This document shows, piece by piece, positions 38,445 through 48,233 of a DNA stretch of 50,465 nt. The notes under the pieces are model-generated. The model saw nothing but the letters and a program-made list of their open reading frames with translations. It had not been told where the DNA came from and made no database searches. How positions within the stretch are numbered: position 1 is the stretch's first letter; each line of letters begins with the position of its first letter. The position numbers were made by a program, and so were the translations under genes. Source of the stretch: a virus (taxonomy: Duplodnaviria; Caudoviricetes); the IMG/VR virus record IMGVR_UViG_3300020045_004315, positions 1-50,465 of that record; one strand, given 5' to 3'.

Positions 38445-38830
38445 ACCACATTTCAACCCTCGAAGAACTGGAAGTCGAAGCCTTACAAATCGATAGCTTT
38501 TTACAAATCACAGTTGGCGAAGATGGAAACGAAGCAGCGCAAAGGGGCAATGATCTTAATGTATTTATGGCTCGAACTGGCAAAATGTTGGCAGATGCGA
38601 AATATCACCAGGATCAGAAACTATCGGCCGCTTTGGTATGGGTTGAAAAAGAATACAGAACCATGCAGCCATCTTTAAAAAAGCGATTTGCCGAAAGTTC
38701 GTGTAAGAAAGAAAATTACATGGTCACATGGATTGAAAGGCTTAACAGGACAGCAACGCACCAACAACAATTTATGATTACCCTAATATCTAAAGCAAAA
38801 GCCGAGATGCAAATGAACGGAAAGTTTTAA
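38438..38830 (+). CDS. hypothetical protein
   Basis: ARTGKMLADAKYH motif. Confidence 0.7.
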   Translation: MLDHISTLEELEVEALQIDSFLQITVGEDGNEAAQRGNDLNVFMARTGKMLADAKYHQDQKLSAALVWVEKEYRTMQPSLKKRFAESSCKKENYMVTWIERLNRTATHQQQFMITLISKAKAEMQMNGKF

Positions 38831-38999
38831 CCAAATATTTGAACAGTGAAAATGAAGTCTTTAAAACAAAAAATCTTGGAGCTACCTGATAATCTCCAGG
38901 TGACAAAAGTCCATATCGAAACCATAAACAAACATGGTGAAAATGGCACGATTGAATTCGAAATGAGTAAAAATGATTTAATAAAAACGGAGGTGAAAA

Positions 39000-39677
39000 A
39001 TGAAGTATCTAATCAAAAAAGCTAAACTAACCAAAGGTCGAACCTTGGAGGTTGAGCTTACCGAAATCAACGATGACAATACAGAGAACGAAGTCACTAA
39101 AAAGTGTTCTCAATTGGTCCATGATGATCTTATCAATGCCATGGACAAGTTAAAATTCCATCTTGCTCACATGTGCGACACGAAAGAATCGGACAGCTGC
39201 ACGGAGTATGAGGCTGATAATGTTCAGGCGCTTGACAGGATTAAAATCACATCCTTTAGCGTGTCCGGTTCAGCCGATAATGAAGGTGTTTGTCTTGTAG
39301 GCTCACGAAAGATCGGACAAAAGGTATTGAATTTGATTTCTCCATTTACGGAGTATGAAAATGAAGATGACCAATATCAGTTCGGTCAGGAGCTGGCAAT
39401 CGACATTGAAGCCTTAAAACATGAGGTTAACGAATATTTGTTTAACGGGAAATATGCCATTAAACAGCTCGAAATTCCTTTCGACAAAGAGCCTGGCGAT
39501 CCTGATGACTTCGAACACGAAAAAGAATTCGACGAAGTTGGAAAGGCTGTTCTTGGCCACATGGCCGAAATTATCAACCCGAAGAAAGGGAAAGGTAAAA
39601 AAGGTGTAACTGTTGATTTTATCCCTCATCCAAATTTTGCTGTAGGTGCCGAAATGCAACAGGCCGAACAGTTTTAA
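39000..39677 (+). CDS. hypothetical protein
   Basis: 225 aa acidic ORF. Confidence 0.75.
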   Translation: MKYLIKKAKLTKGRTLEVELTEINDDNTENEVTKKCSQLVHDDLINAMDKLKFHLAHMCDTKESDSCTEYEADNVQALDRIKITSFSVSGSADNEGVCLVGSRKIGQKVLNLISPFTEYENEDDQYQFGQELAIDIEALKHEVNEYLFNGKYAIKQLEIPFDKEPGDPDDFEHEKEFDEVGKAVLGHMAEIINPKKGKGKKGVTVDFIPHPNFAVGAEMQQAEQF

Positions 39678-39809
39678 CAAGAAAGACTATTGAATTTCAT
39701 AGTTCGTGAATCCTGTCACCATGCAGCGCGAACAAATTATTTATTCGACATAAAATCATGTTACAGACCTTCCCCTTGTGAAAGTCGGAGGTTTTTAAAG
39801 GTAGAAATT

Positions 39810-40031
39810 ATGATTATCAAAATTACATCTGACAGACTATCTCTAAAATTTGAAGGAACTGAAAAGAAGTGCATGAAACTACTAAAGAATTTCAGAAAAG
39901 CACAATTAGATCACGTCGGACCAAAACCTTTTACGTACAGCACACAATCAACATACTACACAAAATTAGACGCTGATTTTTATCAACGGTCCAAAGCTTC
40001 AAAAATGACAATCCTAATCATAAACGAATAA
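39810..40031 (+). CDS. hypothetical protein
   Basis: ATG at 39810 downstream of a hairpin; coupled to the helicase. Confidence 0.5.
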   Translation: MIIKITSDRLSLKFEGTEKKCMKLLKNFRKAQLDHVGPKPFTYSTQSTYYTKLDADFYQRSKASKMTILIINE

Positions 40032-41686
40032 TGGAAATCATTACCACTCAAAATTATTTCAAGTTCAATTTTGCCTACAATCCACGCATTGTTGAAGCTA
40101 TAAAGAACCTACCTGAAAGGAAGTTTCTTGCAAACGAAAAGACATGGATTGTACCCGTTAAATACCGAAGGGATGTTGAAATATTTTCTCACAGATACGG
40201 TTTTTCGTGGAACCTTGGAAAGCCTGAGCCTGTGGTAAATTATAATATTCCTGAAATGCCAAAACTTCAGGTTGATATTCCTTTAACCGGAAAGATGTTT
40301 CCTTATCAATGTGACGGGGTTGCTTATAACCTGATTCATAAACGGGCTATTGTTGGAGATGAGCCGGGACTTGGTAAGACTTTGCAAGCCATTGCCACCA
40401 TAGTTGCAACAAACGCTTATCCGTGTCTTGTAATATGTCCTAGCTCATTAAAGCTCAACTGGCAGCGTGAATGGGAAAGATGGACAGGACGTAAATTCAC
40501 CATGATTCTGGAAGATTCGAATAAGAAAAACTATCAGCTTTATTTTGAATCAGGAATGGTCAAAGTTTACATAACAAACTACGAAAGCTTGAAAAAATAC
40601 TTTGTCAAATCAATCGACAAAGGTGAAGCCAAAAACCTACGGTTAAATCATATCAAATTCGATGAACGGATTAACATTTTTAAGTCTGTTATCATTGATG
40701 AGCTTCATAGGTGCAAGGAAATCAAAACCCTTCAGACTAAGCTAACCAAAGGTATTTGCACCGGAAAAGAATATATTCTTGGTTTAACCGGAACGCCTGT
40801 AATTAACAAACCGAAAGATCTTATTTCTCAGCTTGGTATTATCGACAGTCTTTCATATTTCGGAGGTTACAAAAACTTCATTGAACGGTATTGCGCCGGT
40901 GATCGTGAAGCCTCAAACCTCAAAGAGCTCAATTACAACCTAAATAAATACTGTTTTTATCGCAGGGAAAAGAAAGCGGTTTTGAAAGATTTGCCGGACA
41001 AAATGCGACAGGTTGTTTCTTGTGAAATCAGCAACCGAAAAGAATACGCTGATGCTGAAGCGAGCTTAATTGACTACCTGAAACAATGGAAAGATGCTTC
41101 TGATGAAAAGATTCAATCAGCCTTAAAAGGTGAGATTATGGCCAGGATCGGAATCTTAAAAAACATCTCGGCCCGTGGCAAACTCAACGATGTGTACGAC
41201 TATATCAATGATGTTTTAGAATCAGGTGAAAAGCTGGTAATATTCGGACACCTGAAAGAAGTAATTGCAGCCATAAAACATAAATTTCCCCATGGCACGG
41301 TATCGGTGACCGGCGACGATGATATGAAACAACGTCAGGCATCAGTTGATGCTTTCCAGAATGATCCACGGTGTAAATTGATTGTATGTTCTATCAAGGC
41401 CGCCGGCGTAGGTTTAACTCTTACCGCTTCATCTCGGGTTGCATTTATTGAATTTCCATGGCATTCTGCCGACTGTGACCAATGCGAAGATAGAACACAC
41501 AGAATAGGCCAAAAAGAAAGCGTTCAGGTGACTTATTTCCTCGGACGTAACACAATCGACAATCATATCTATCAAATCATCGAGAGAAAGCGAGAAATAG
41601 CCAAAGCGGTCACAGGTTCAACCGAAGATATTCAGATCGACTTTGTAAATGAAATTGCAAACCTTTTTAATCAAGTGAAACCATGA
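40031..41686 (+). CDS. SNF2-family helicase with HARP-like N-terminus
   Basis: GDEPGLGKT, DELH, LTGTP, AAGVGLTLT, QCEDRTHRIGQ. Confidence 0.9.
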   Translation: MEIITTQNYFKFNFAYNPRIVEAIKNLPERKFLANEKTWIVPVKYRRDVEIFSHRYGFSWNLGKPEPVVNYNIPEMPKLQVDIPLTGKMFPYQCDGVAYNLIHKRAIVGDEPGLGKTLQAIATIVATNAYPCLVICPSSLKLNWQREWERWTGRKFTMILEDSNKKNYQLYFESGMVKVYITNYESLKKYFVKSIDKGEAKNLRLNHIKFDERINIFKSVIIDELHRCKEIKTLQTKLTKGICTGKEYILGLTGTPVINKPKDLISQLGIIDSLSYFGGYKNFIERYCAGDREASNLKELNYNLNKYCFYRREKKAVLKDLPDKMRQVVSCEISNRKEYADAEASLIDYLKQWKDASDEKIQSALKGEIMARIGILKNISARGKLNDVYDYINDVLESGEKLVIFGHLKEVIAAIKHKFPHGTVSVTGDDDMKQRQASVDAFQNDPRCKLIVCSIKAAGVGLTLTASSRVAFIEFPWHSADCDQCEDRTHRIGQKESVQVTYFLGRNTIDNHIYQIIERKREIAKAVTGSTEDIQIDFVNEIANLFNQVKP

Positions 41687-44373
41687 CAAAACAAGAACAA
41701 TACTTCGAATTCCTAAAATCTAAGGTTTGCGTAGCTCCGGAAACCGGACTATTGAATTTTATCTTACATGATTATCCTTTCCATGATGGCACAGTTTTAA
41801 AACCTCATCAAAAGGATGCGATTGAATGGGCTATTCGTGGAGGTAGACGGGCGCTATTTGAAAGTTTCGGACTTGGTAAGACAATTCAACAACTTATCGT
41901 CTGTAAAACAATTCTTGAAGTCGAGGGCGGGAAAGCACTTATTATTTGCCCCCTTGGAGTTCGTCAGGAATTTTTCAAAGATGCCAACCGAAAGTTAGGA
42001 ATAAACCTGACATACGTTAGAAATCAAACCGAATGTGAAAACGCACCTGAAAACAGTATTTGCATAACCAATTATGAGCGTGTCAGGGATGGAAATATAG
42101 ATCCTAAATACTTTGTTGTAACTTCATTGGATGAGGCTTCAGTATTGCGCTCCTATGGATCAAAAACCTATCAAACATTCCTCGAAAAGTTCAAAGGAAT
42201 AAAATACAAATTCGTTTGCACGGCGACACCATCACCAAACAAACACAAAGAGCTTATTCATTATGCTGGATATTTGGAGGTAATGGACACAGGTCAGGCA
42301 TTAACCAGGTTCTTTAAAAGGGATTCAACTAAGGCGAATAATTTAAAAATACACCCTCACAAGGAACGCGAGTTCTTTCTATGGCTATCAACCTGGGCAT
42401 TATTCATTACAAAACCATCTGACTTAGGTTATGATGATACCGGTTATGATCTGCCAGGAATGAAAGTTATTTACCACAAGGTAAACGTAGATCATAGCAC
42501 CGCCGGTTTTGATGATGATGGTCAGGCTAAGATGTTCAGAGATTCCGCTCTTGGCTTAAAGGATGCTGCAAGGGAAAAGCGAGATACTTGTGATATCAGG
42601 GTTGAAAAGATGATGGAAATATTAACCAATGATCCCGAAAGTCATTATATCCTTTGGCATGATCAGGAACGTGAAAGACATGCAATAAAGAAAGTTTTAC
42701 CTCATGTAAAGGCTGTTTTTGGTAACGAAGACATGGAAGTTAGGGAACAATTGGTTTTAGATTTTGCCGAAGGTAGAAGTAAATACCTACCAACAAAACC
42801 AAGCCTTTCAGGTCAAGGCTGCAACCTTCAGCACTTCTGCCATAAAGCTATTTTCCTGGGTATTGGATATGAATTCAATGATTTTATTCAGGCTATCCAC
42901 AGAATTCACAGGTTTTTGCAATCCTTCGAAGTTGAGATACATGTAATTTATGCAGAATCAGAAGAAGAGATTTTAAAAACTCTCCAAAGGAAATGGACAC
43001 AACACGATGTTTTGGTCAACCAAATGACCGGAATTATCAAAGAATACGGACTTTCAAACACAAATATAAACGACAAATTAAAGCGCTCTATTATGACAAC
43101 ACGATCAGAGATTAAGGGAAAGTTATTCACAGCCGTTCACAGTGATACCGTTCCCGAAACAATGAACATGCCTGATAATTCAGTTCATTTGGGTATTACT
43201 TCCATCCCGTTTGCAAATCACTACGAATACACGCCTGATTATAACGACTTCGGGCACACTGATACGAACGCTCATTTCTGGGAGCAAATGGACTTTTTAA
43301 CACCCGAATTGCACAGGGTATTAATGCCGGGCCGTTTATTTTGTGTTCATGTAAAGGATCGTGTTTTGTTTGGAAATACGACCGGTGACGGTTTTCCGAC
43401 ACTGGATGGAATGTTAGAAGAAACTTTATTTCATTTCAAAAAACATGGATTTAAGAAAGTTGCCATCATCACCATTGAAACCGATGTGGTTCGGGAAAAC
43501 AATCAAACGTATCGTTTAGGATGGACTGAGAAGTGTAAAGACGGTTCAAAAATGGGTGTAGGATGTCCTGAATACGTTTTAGTTTTTAGAAAACATCCTA
43601 CCGATACCTCCCGCGCTTATTCGGACGTTCCGGTTGTAAAATCAAAAGGTCATTTCAAAGGATATAAATGTATTTCATGTAGTGCTTTTTTTAAGAACCT
43701 GAACGGGGTTAAAAAGACAGATGAGGAGTTTACACCTCACAAGTGCCCAAAATGCGGCGAACATACCGAAATGGTTGAATTATGGGATCATAACACAAAG
43801 AATATTTACACCCGTGGACAATGGCAAATTGATGCCAGGGCAAAATGGAACAGCTCGGGCGACAGGTTTTTGACACCAGAGGAATTAAAACAAATACCAA
43901 TCGATAGGGTAAATAAATATTTCACCGAATGGATGAAAGACCGGATTTATAACTACGATCAGCATGTGGAAACCGCTAAAATGTTGGATGAAATTGGAAA
44001 GCTCCCAGCGACATTTCAAACCTTAAATATTCCAGCTCGAAACATGTTCGTTTGGGATGATATTAACAGGATGTTGACACTAAATGGAAGCCAGACAAAG
44101 AAGAAACTCAACATGCATATTTGCCCTTTACAATTTGATATTGTAGACAGATGCATAAACGAATATTCGAACCCTGGCGAAACAATATTTGATCCTTTTG
44201 CCGGACTATTTACAGTTCCTTTTCGTGCAATTAAAATGGGGCGTATAGGTATTGGGAATGAGTTAAATCCTGAATCATTTCGAGATGGTGTTAGTTATTT
44301 GCGGTCAGCCGAACAAAACGCATTATCACCTTCATTTTTTGATTTAATGGACATTGAAACCTTAACCGCTTAA
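41683..44373 (+). CDS. SNF2-like helicase fused to an amino (N4/N6) DNA methyltransferase
   Basis: FGLGKT, LDEAS, TATPSPN, QAIHRIHRF; then TSIPF, HICPLQ, DPFAG, ELNP. Confidence 0.85.
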   Translation: MTKQEQYFEFLKSKVCVAPETGLLNFILHDYPFHDGTVLKPHQKDAIEWAIRGGRRALFESFGLGKTIQQLIVCKTILEVEGGKALIICPLGVRQEFFKDANRKLGINLTYVRNQTECENAPENSICITNYERVRDGNIDPKYFVVTSLDEASVLRSYGSKTYQTFLEKFKGIKYKFVCTATPSPNKHKELIHYAGYLEVMDTGQALTRFFKRDSTKANNLKIHPHKEREFFLWLSTWALFITKPSDLGYDDTGYDLPGMKVIYHKVNVDHSTAGFDDDGQAKMFRDSALGLKDAAREKRDTCDIRVEKMMEILTNDPESHYILWHDQERERHAIKKVLPHVKAVFGNEDMEVREQLVLDFAEGRSKYLPTKPSLSGQGCNLQHFCHKAIFLGIGYEFNDFIQAIHRIHRFLQSFEVEIHVIYAESEEEILKTLQRKWTQHDVLVNQMTGIIKEYGLSNTNINDKLKRSIMTTRSEIKGKLFTAVHSDTVPETMNMPDNSVHLGITSIPFANHYEYTPDYNDFGHTDTNAHFWEQMDFLTPELHRVLMPGRLFCVHVKDRVLFGNTTGDGFPTLDGMLEETLFHFKKHGFKKVAIITIETDVVRENNQTYRLGWTEKCKDGSKMGVGCPEYVLVFRKHPTDTSRAYSDVPVVKSKGHFKGYKCISCSAFFKNLNGVKKTDEEFTPHKCPKCGEHTEMVELWDHNTKNIYTRGQWQIDARAKWNSSGDRFLTPEELKQIPIDRVNKYFTEWMKDRIYNYDQHVETAKMLDEIGKLPATFQTLNIPARNMFVWDDINRMLTLNGSQTKKKLNMHICPLQFDIVDRCINEYSNPGETIFDPFAGLFTVPFRAIKMGRIGIGNELNPESFRDGVSYLRSAEQNALSPSFFDLMDIETLTA

Positions 44374-44383
44374 TTATATAACC

Positions 44384-44683
44384 ATGGAACTAAAACAAAT
44401 CATTGAAGAAAACTATCAAGCCGTTGTTGCCAGAGGGTCAATTTACCCAGAAACGAGATTAACTGACTTTTTCGAAAAAGCAGATGAAGAAAAGAAAGAG
44501 ATGGTTGATGCTTATTATGAATCAGGAGAATATTCACAGGAATTCGAACGTGAATTAATCGACTGCATTTGTGTGTATATGAACCTTGCCAGACACCTGG
44601 ATATTGATATTGAACAGGGATTGATTGATAATTATAAACGAAACTACGAACGAGCTAAAACCACAACCAATGAGACAAAATAA
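44384..44683 (+). CDS. MazG-like NTP pyrophosphohydrolase
   Basis: K..EE..E ... RELIDC acidic motif; LA..L.IDIE...N..R. Confidence 0.6.
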   Translation: MELKQIIEENYQAVVARGSIYPETRLTDFFEKADEEKKEMVDAYYESGEYSQEFERELIDCICVYMNLARHLDIDIEQGLIDNYKRNYERAKTTTNETK

Positions 44684-44927
44684 AAAGGACATTCCGATTC
44701 ATTCACTTGAGGAAAAGAAGTTAAAAAAGAAACTTTCGAAAGAGTTAATTGATTCTGAAGAGGCGCAAAAACGAATGATTGCAAAGCACAAAAAACTAAC
44801 CGCTCACATTGAAACGAAGGTGGTTTGGATTCCTGATGATCAGCAAAAGACTCATTTCATTGTGCCTATTCACAGGGACGAAAATGAAGTAATTGAAAAG
44901 TATAGGAATTACTTAAAAAGTAGGTAA
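44670..44927 (+). CDS. hypothetical protein
   Basis: ATG at 44670. Confidence 0.55.
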   Translation: MRQNKKDIPIHSLEEKKLKKKLSKELIDSEEAQKRMIAKHKKLTAHIETKVVWIPDDQQKTHFIVPIHRDENEVIEKYRNYLKSR

Positions 44928-44928
44928 G

Positions 44929-45720
44929 ATGAAAGATCCTGCGTTCCTTTTTTATTCTCAAGATTTCATAGTTGGAACACTTACCATGTCATTTTCTGAT
45001 CGTGGCAAGTATATAACTATACTTTCTTTTATGCATCAAAAAGGTCGATTATCTGAAAAAAATATCAAAAATTTAGTTGGATGCATAAGCCCGATTTTAA
45101 AAGAAAAATTTGCGATTGACCATGACGGTTTTTGGTACAATATTAGGCTAGAAAAGGCAATAGAGGAAAGGGTTAAATATGTGGAAAGGTGCAAGTTAAA
45201 CGGATCAAAAGGAGGCCGGCCAAAAAACCCAGACTTAACCCAGACAAAACCCATGGGTTTGCCAAACGATAACCAAGAACCTAACCCAGAAATAACCATT
45301 TCATTTTCATCTTCAAATAATATAACTATATCTAACGATATAGTTAAGCCAAAAAAGTATTTTTTCATTGATTCTCTTATTGGAATTTTCAGAGATGAAT
45401 ATTTAGAATTTCATAAATCAGAATATACCATCACTGCAATCGGAAAAGAAAGAAAAGCAGCTTCGACAATTTTACAAGCCTATCGGAAAAAAAATAAAGA
45501 GGCTGATTCTGAAAAAACAATCAAAGAATTGAAATCATATTTTAAATCATGTATAAACATTTCAGATACATGGTTAAATCAAAATATGAGTCTTTCGATC
45601 ATTGTATCAAAATTTAACGAAATAAATCAAATCTTAAGAAATGGAAACAAACGGAAAACAAACAACGGCGCTACAGGCGAGGACATCATGGGAGCAGTCA
45701 TTGCAAACGTCCCATCCTGA
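44929..45720 (+). CDS. replication initiator-like protein (DUF1376/YdaU-like N-terminus)
   Basis: PAFLFY.QDF..GT..MS...RG.YI..L; NG.KGGRP linker. Confidence 0.75.
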   Translation: MKDPAFLFYSQDFIVGTLTMSFSDRGKYITILSFMHQKGRLSEKNIKNLVGCISPILKEKFAIDHDGFWYNIRLEKAIEERVKYVERCKLNGSKGGRPKNPDLTQTKPMGLPNDNQEPNPEITISFSSSNNITISNDIVKPKKYFFIDSLIGIFRDEYLEFHKSEYTITAIGKERKAASTILQAYRKKNKEADSEKTIKELKSYFKSCINISDTWLNQNMSLSIIVSKFNEINQILRNGNKRKTNNGATGEDIMGAVIANVPS

Positions 45721-46111
45721 TAATTTTGGAAGCGTTTCGATTTACAAAGGCGAATTGACTCTTTCCGGTGCGATGCTTCAAATGGCTAAATTAAAAAAGT
45801 CATTCCCGAATTTAACGAAAGAGTTTTACGAAATCCTGATGGAAAGGGTAAAAGAAAACCACTTCACCGATCAACGCCTCACAGATTCAATCAACAACCT
45901 GATTGATAATTTTACCTACCCGAACCCGACAATAGCCAACATAATCGGCTTTGACAAACGGGTTAAGCTACTCACCTATTCCCAGCTTTGCGATATTCAA
46001 ACCAATTCACCAGGATCATTCAAAGATTATTGCAAGGTCAAAAGAAACGGAAAGATATTCTGGATCAATAGAGCCGAAAAGGAACAATTTAACATTGGGG
46101 ATGAGATATGA
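45641..46111 (+). CDS. hypothetical protein (helicase-loader position)
   Basis: Follows the initiator; PTIANII motif. Confidence 0.65.
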   Translation: METNGKQTTALQARTSWEQSLQTSHPDNFGSVSIYKGELTLSGAMLQMAKLKKSFPNLTKEFYEILMERVKENHFTDQRLTDSINNLIDNFTYPNPTIANIIGFDKRVKLLTYSQLCDIQTNSPGSFKDYCKVKRNGKIFWINRAEKEQFNIGDEI

Positions 46112-46866
46112 GACATCTCGCATTATTCAACGGAATTGGAGGTTTTCAGTTGGCAGCTCATTGGATGGGTTGGCTGAATGTTGCACACGTTGAAATAGAT
46201 CCATTTTGCAATAAAGTAGTTAAAAAACATTTTCCAGAATCAAAATGCTATGAAGACATTAAAGAATTTGACGGTAAACCATTCAGGGGAGCAATTGACA
46301 TTATTTCAGGAGGGTTTCCATGTCAACCCTACAGTAATGCAGGAAAAAGACTTGGTAAAGAAGATGACCGCCACCTCTGGCCGGAAATGCTTAGAGTTAT
46401 ACGAGAAGTTTCCCCGTCATTCGTTGTGGGTGAAAATGTGGTTGGGTTGCTTAATTGGAATGCCGGATTGGTTTTCGAAGAAATACAAATTGACCTGGAA
46501 AATGAAGGGTACGAGATTCAACCGATTATACTTCCAGCTTGCTCTATCGGCCCCCCCCATCAAAGAAACAGAATTTGGTTTATTGCCAACTCCAAGAGCA
46601 AGCGATGGGTTAAGATGGAGCAAAATAAACCGAAACGATTGTCAGAATTCGATATCGAAAGTTGTAATGAAGCGTGGCGATATAGCTCTGACTTACTTTT
46701 ACGTATGGAACCAGATTGGAGCAGACCAAGCCTCGGAGTTGTCAGAAATGATCATGGGCTTTCCGAAGGGGTGGACAGACTTAAATCACTAGGAAATGCC
46801 ATAGTTCCCCAAGTCGCTTATCAAATATTCAAAGCAATCGAAGAATTTAACAACCTAACCCAATGA
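46108..46866 (+). CDS. C5 cytosine DNA methyltransferase, alpha polypeptide
   Basis: LFNGIGGF (I), GGFPCQ (IV), ENV (VI), HQRNRIW (VIII), LKSLGNAIVP (X); no motif IX in frame. Confidence 0.9.
   Translation: MRHLALFNGIGGFQLAAHWMGWLNVAHVEIDPFCNKVVKKHFPESKCYEDIKEFDGKPFRGAIDIISGGFPCQPYSNAGKRLGKEDDRHLWPEMLRVIREVSPSFVVGENVVGLLNWNAGLVFEEIQIDLENEGYEIQPIILPACSIGPPHQRNRIWFIANSKSKRWVKMEQNKPKRLSEFDIESCNEAWRYSSDLLLRMEPDWSRPSLGVVRNDHGLSEGVDRLKSLGNAIVPQVAYQIFKAIEEFNNLTQ
46250..46792 (+). CDS. nested alternate-frame ORF, putative beta polypeptide of the C5 methyltransferase
   Basis: LLPTPRASD ... EMIMGFPKGWT (motif IX-like); true start uncertain. Confidence 0.65.
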   Translation: MKTLKNLTVNHSGEQLTLFQEGFHVNPTVMQEKDLVKKMTATSGRKCLELYEKFPRHSLWVKMWLGCLIGMPDWFSKKYKLTWKMKGTRFNRLYFQLALSAPPIKETEFGLLPTPRASDGLRWSKINRNDCQNSISKVVMKRGDIALTYFYVWNQIGADQASELSEMIMGFPKGWTDLNH

Positions 46867-47291
46867 CACCCGAAGCAACCGAACACTCAAACGTCTGCAA
46901 ATATTTAAAAAGGGTTTATCCTGATATTATATTCCTGACTGACTTATCCGGCATTCGTTTAACAATGGGACAGGCCACAGCAATAAAACACCTTAAATCA
47001 AGCAGAGCATTACCCGACATAATAATTCTTGAACCACGGGCAGGAAAACACGGATTGTGCTTAGAGATGAAAACTAAGGATTTTGTACTTGTAACAAAAG
47101 ACGGTTTTTTAACCTCTCACAAAAAGAAAGAATATCGAATGGTTGGTGGTGCCCGGGTTTGCATAGGTGAAACCGATCACATCAAAGAACAATACGACAT
47201 GCTTTGCAGACTAACCAAATTAGGATATGCAGCGCATTTTGCACAGGGATTTGATATTGCTAAGAAAATTATTGATGAATATTTAAAATGA
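46863..47291 (+). CDS. VRR-NUC-like nuclease
   Basis: E........YL, PDIIILEP.....GL.LEMK, EQ..ML..L...GY.A.F..G. Confidence 0.7.
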   Translation: MTPEATEHSNVCKYLKRVYPDIIFLTDLSGIRLTMGQATAIKHLKSSRALPDIIILEPRAGKHGLCLEMKTKDFVLVTKDGFLTSHKKKEYRMVGGARVCIGETDHIKEQYDMLCRLTKLGYAAHFAQGFDIAKKIIDEYLK

Positions 47292-47791
47292 ACGCAACTT
47301 ACATAAATAAAATACTTTGGAGTCATTACAGCGCAAGTGAATATAAGCTTTGCAATACGTTTGTATTTGATTTCGAAAGTGATTTTATGTGTATTTCTAA
47401 AAGTGGATATGTGATTGAATGCGAAGTGAAAGTAAGTAGATCAGATTATTTCTGTGATTTTAATAAGAAAAATTATCACAATAAAAAACATGATCTTTTG
47501 CAGGATATAAATAAGAAATATAAGCCAAATAAGTTCTTTTTTGTCACACCGAAAGGATTGATAAAAAAAGAAGAAATACCACCTTATGCTGGTTTGATTG
47601 AAATTGAAAATGGTTGCATTTATTTTACAAAACAAGCTCCATTTCTCCACAAAGAAGCTCTATTGTTTAACCTCAAATTTGTCCGAAATCTTATGGATAA
47701 ATTTTATTGGCGAACAAATAATCTAAGATATCAACTTGAATTACACGAGGCTGATATTAAATATAATCAAAAACGAATTGAATTTTATTAA
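47288..47791 (+). CDS. MmcB-like PD-(D/E)XK protein
   Basis: ESDF......ECEVKVSRSDY..D..K, FFFVTP.GLI...EIP.YAGLI. Confidence 0.65.
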   Translation: MNATYINKILWSHYSASEYKLCNTFVFDFESDFMCISKSGYVIECEVKVSRSDYFCDFNKKNYHNKKHDLLQDINKKYKPNKFFFVTPKGLIKKEEIPPYAGLIEIENGCIYFTKQAPFLHKEALLFNLKFVRNLMDKFYWRTNNLRYQLELHEADIKYNQKRIEFY

Positions 47792-47803
47792 AAATAGAAA
47801 ATT

Positions 47804-48202
47804 ATGAAATACAAAACCTACGCAACACCGGAAAGTCTTAGGCATTACAGGCATGACAAATTTAAAAGCAATGTCCGTAATACAAGGCCGATTTATTTCA
47901 ATGGTCAAACTACTTATTCTCTTGGTTGGGTGCAAACTAATCTTTGCAATTATACAGGGATGACCATGGATGTGATAAAAATGTCTACACGTAAATCAGA
48001 AATAAAGGAAAATCGGCAAATTGGAATGTTTTTAACAAAAACCTTTGTAAATATGTCGCTTTCAGATATTGGCACTGCATGGGGCGGCAAAGATCACGCA
48101 ACCGTTTTACATGCTTGCAAACGAGTTAATGACCTTATATTTTCAGATAAGAATTTTAAATTAAAGATTGATAAGCTCATCGAGCTAATCAAAGCGGAAT
48201 AA
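47804..48202 (+). CDS. DnaA domain IV-like HTH protein (stand-alone)
   Basis: RKSEI...RQIGMFL......SLSDIG..WGGKDHATVLHACKRV. Confidence 0.85.
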   Translation: MKYKTYATPESLRHYRHDKFKSNVRNTRPIYFNGQTTYSLGWVQTNLCNYTGMTMDVIKMSTRKSEIKENRQIGMFLTKTFVNMSLSDIGTAWGGKDHATVLHACKRVNDLIFSDKNFKLKIDKLIELIKAE

Positions 48203-48233
48203 TTTTGTATTTCCGTACTTAAATACCCAATAT

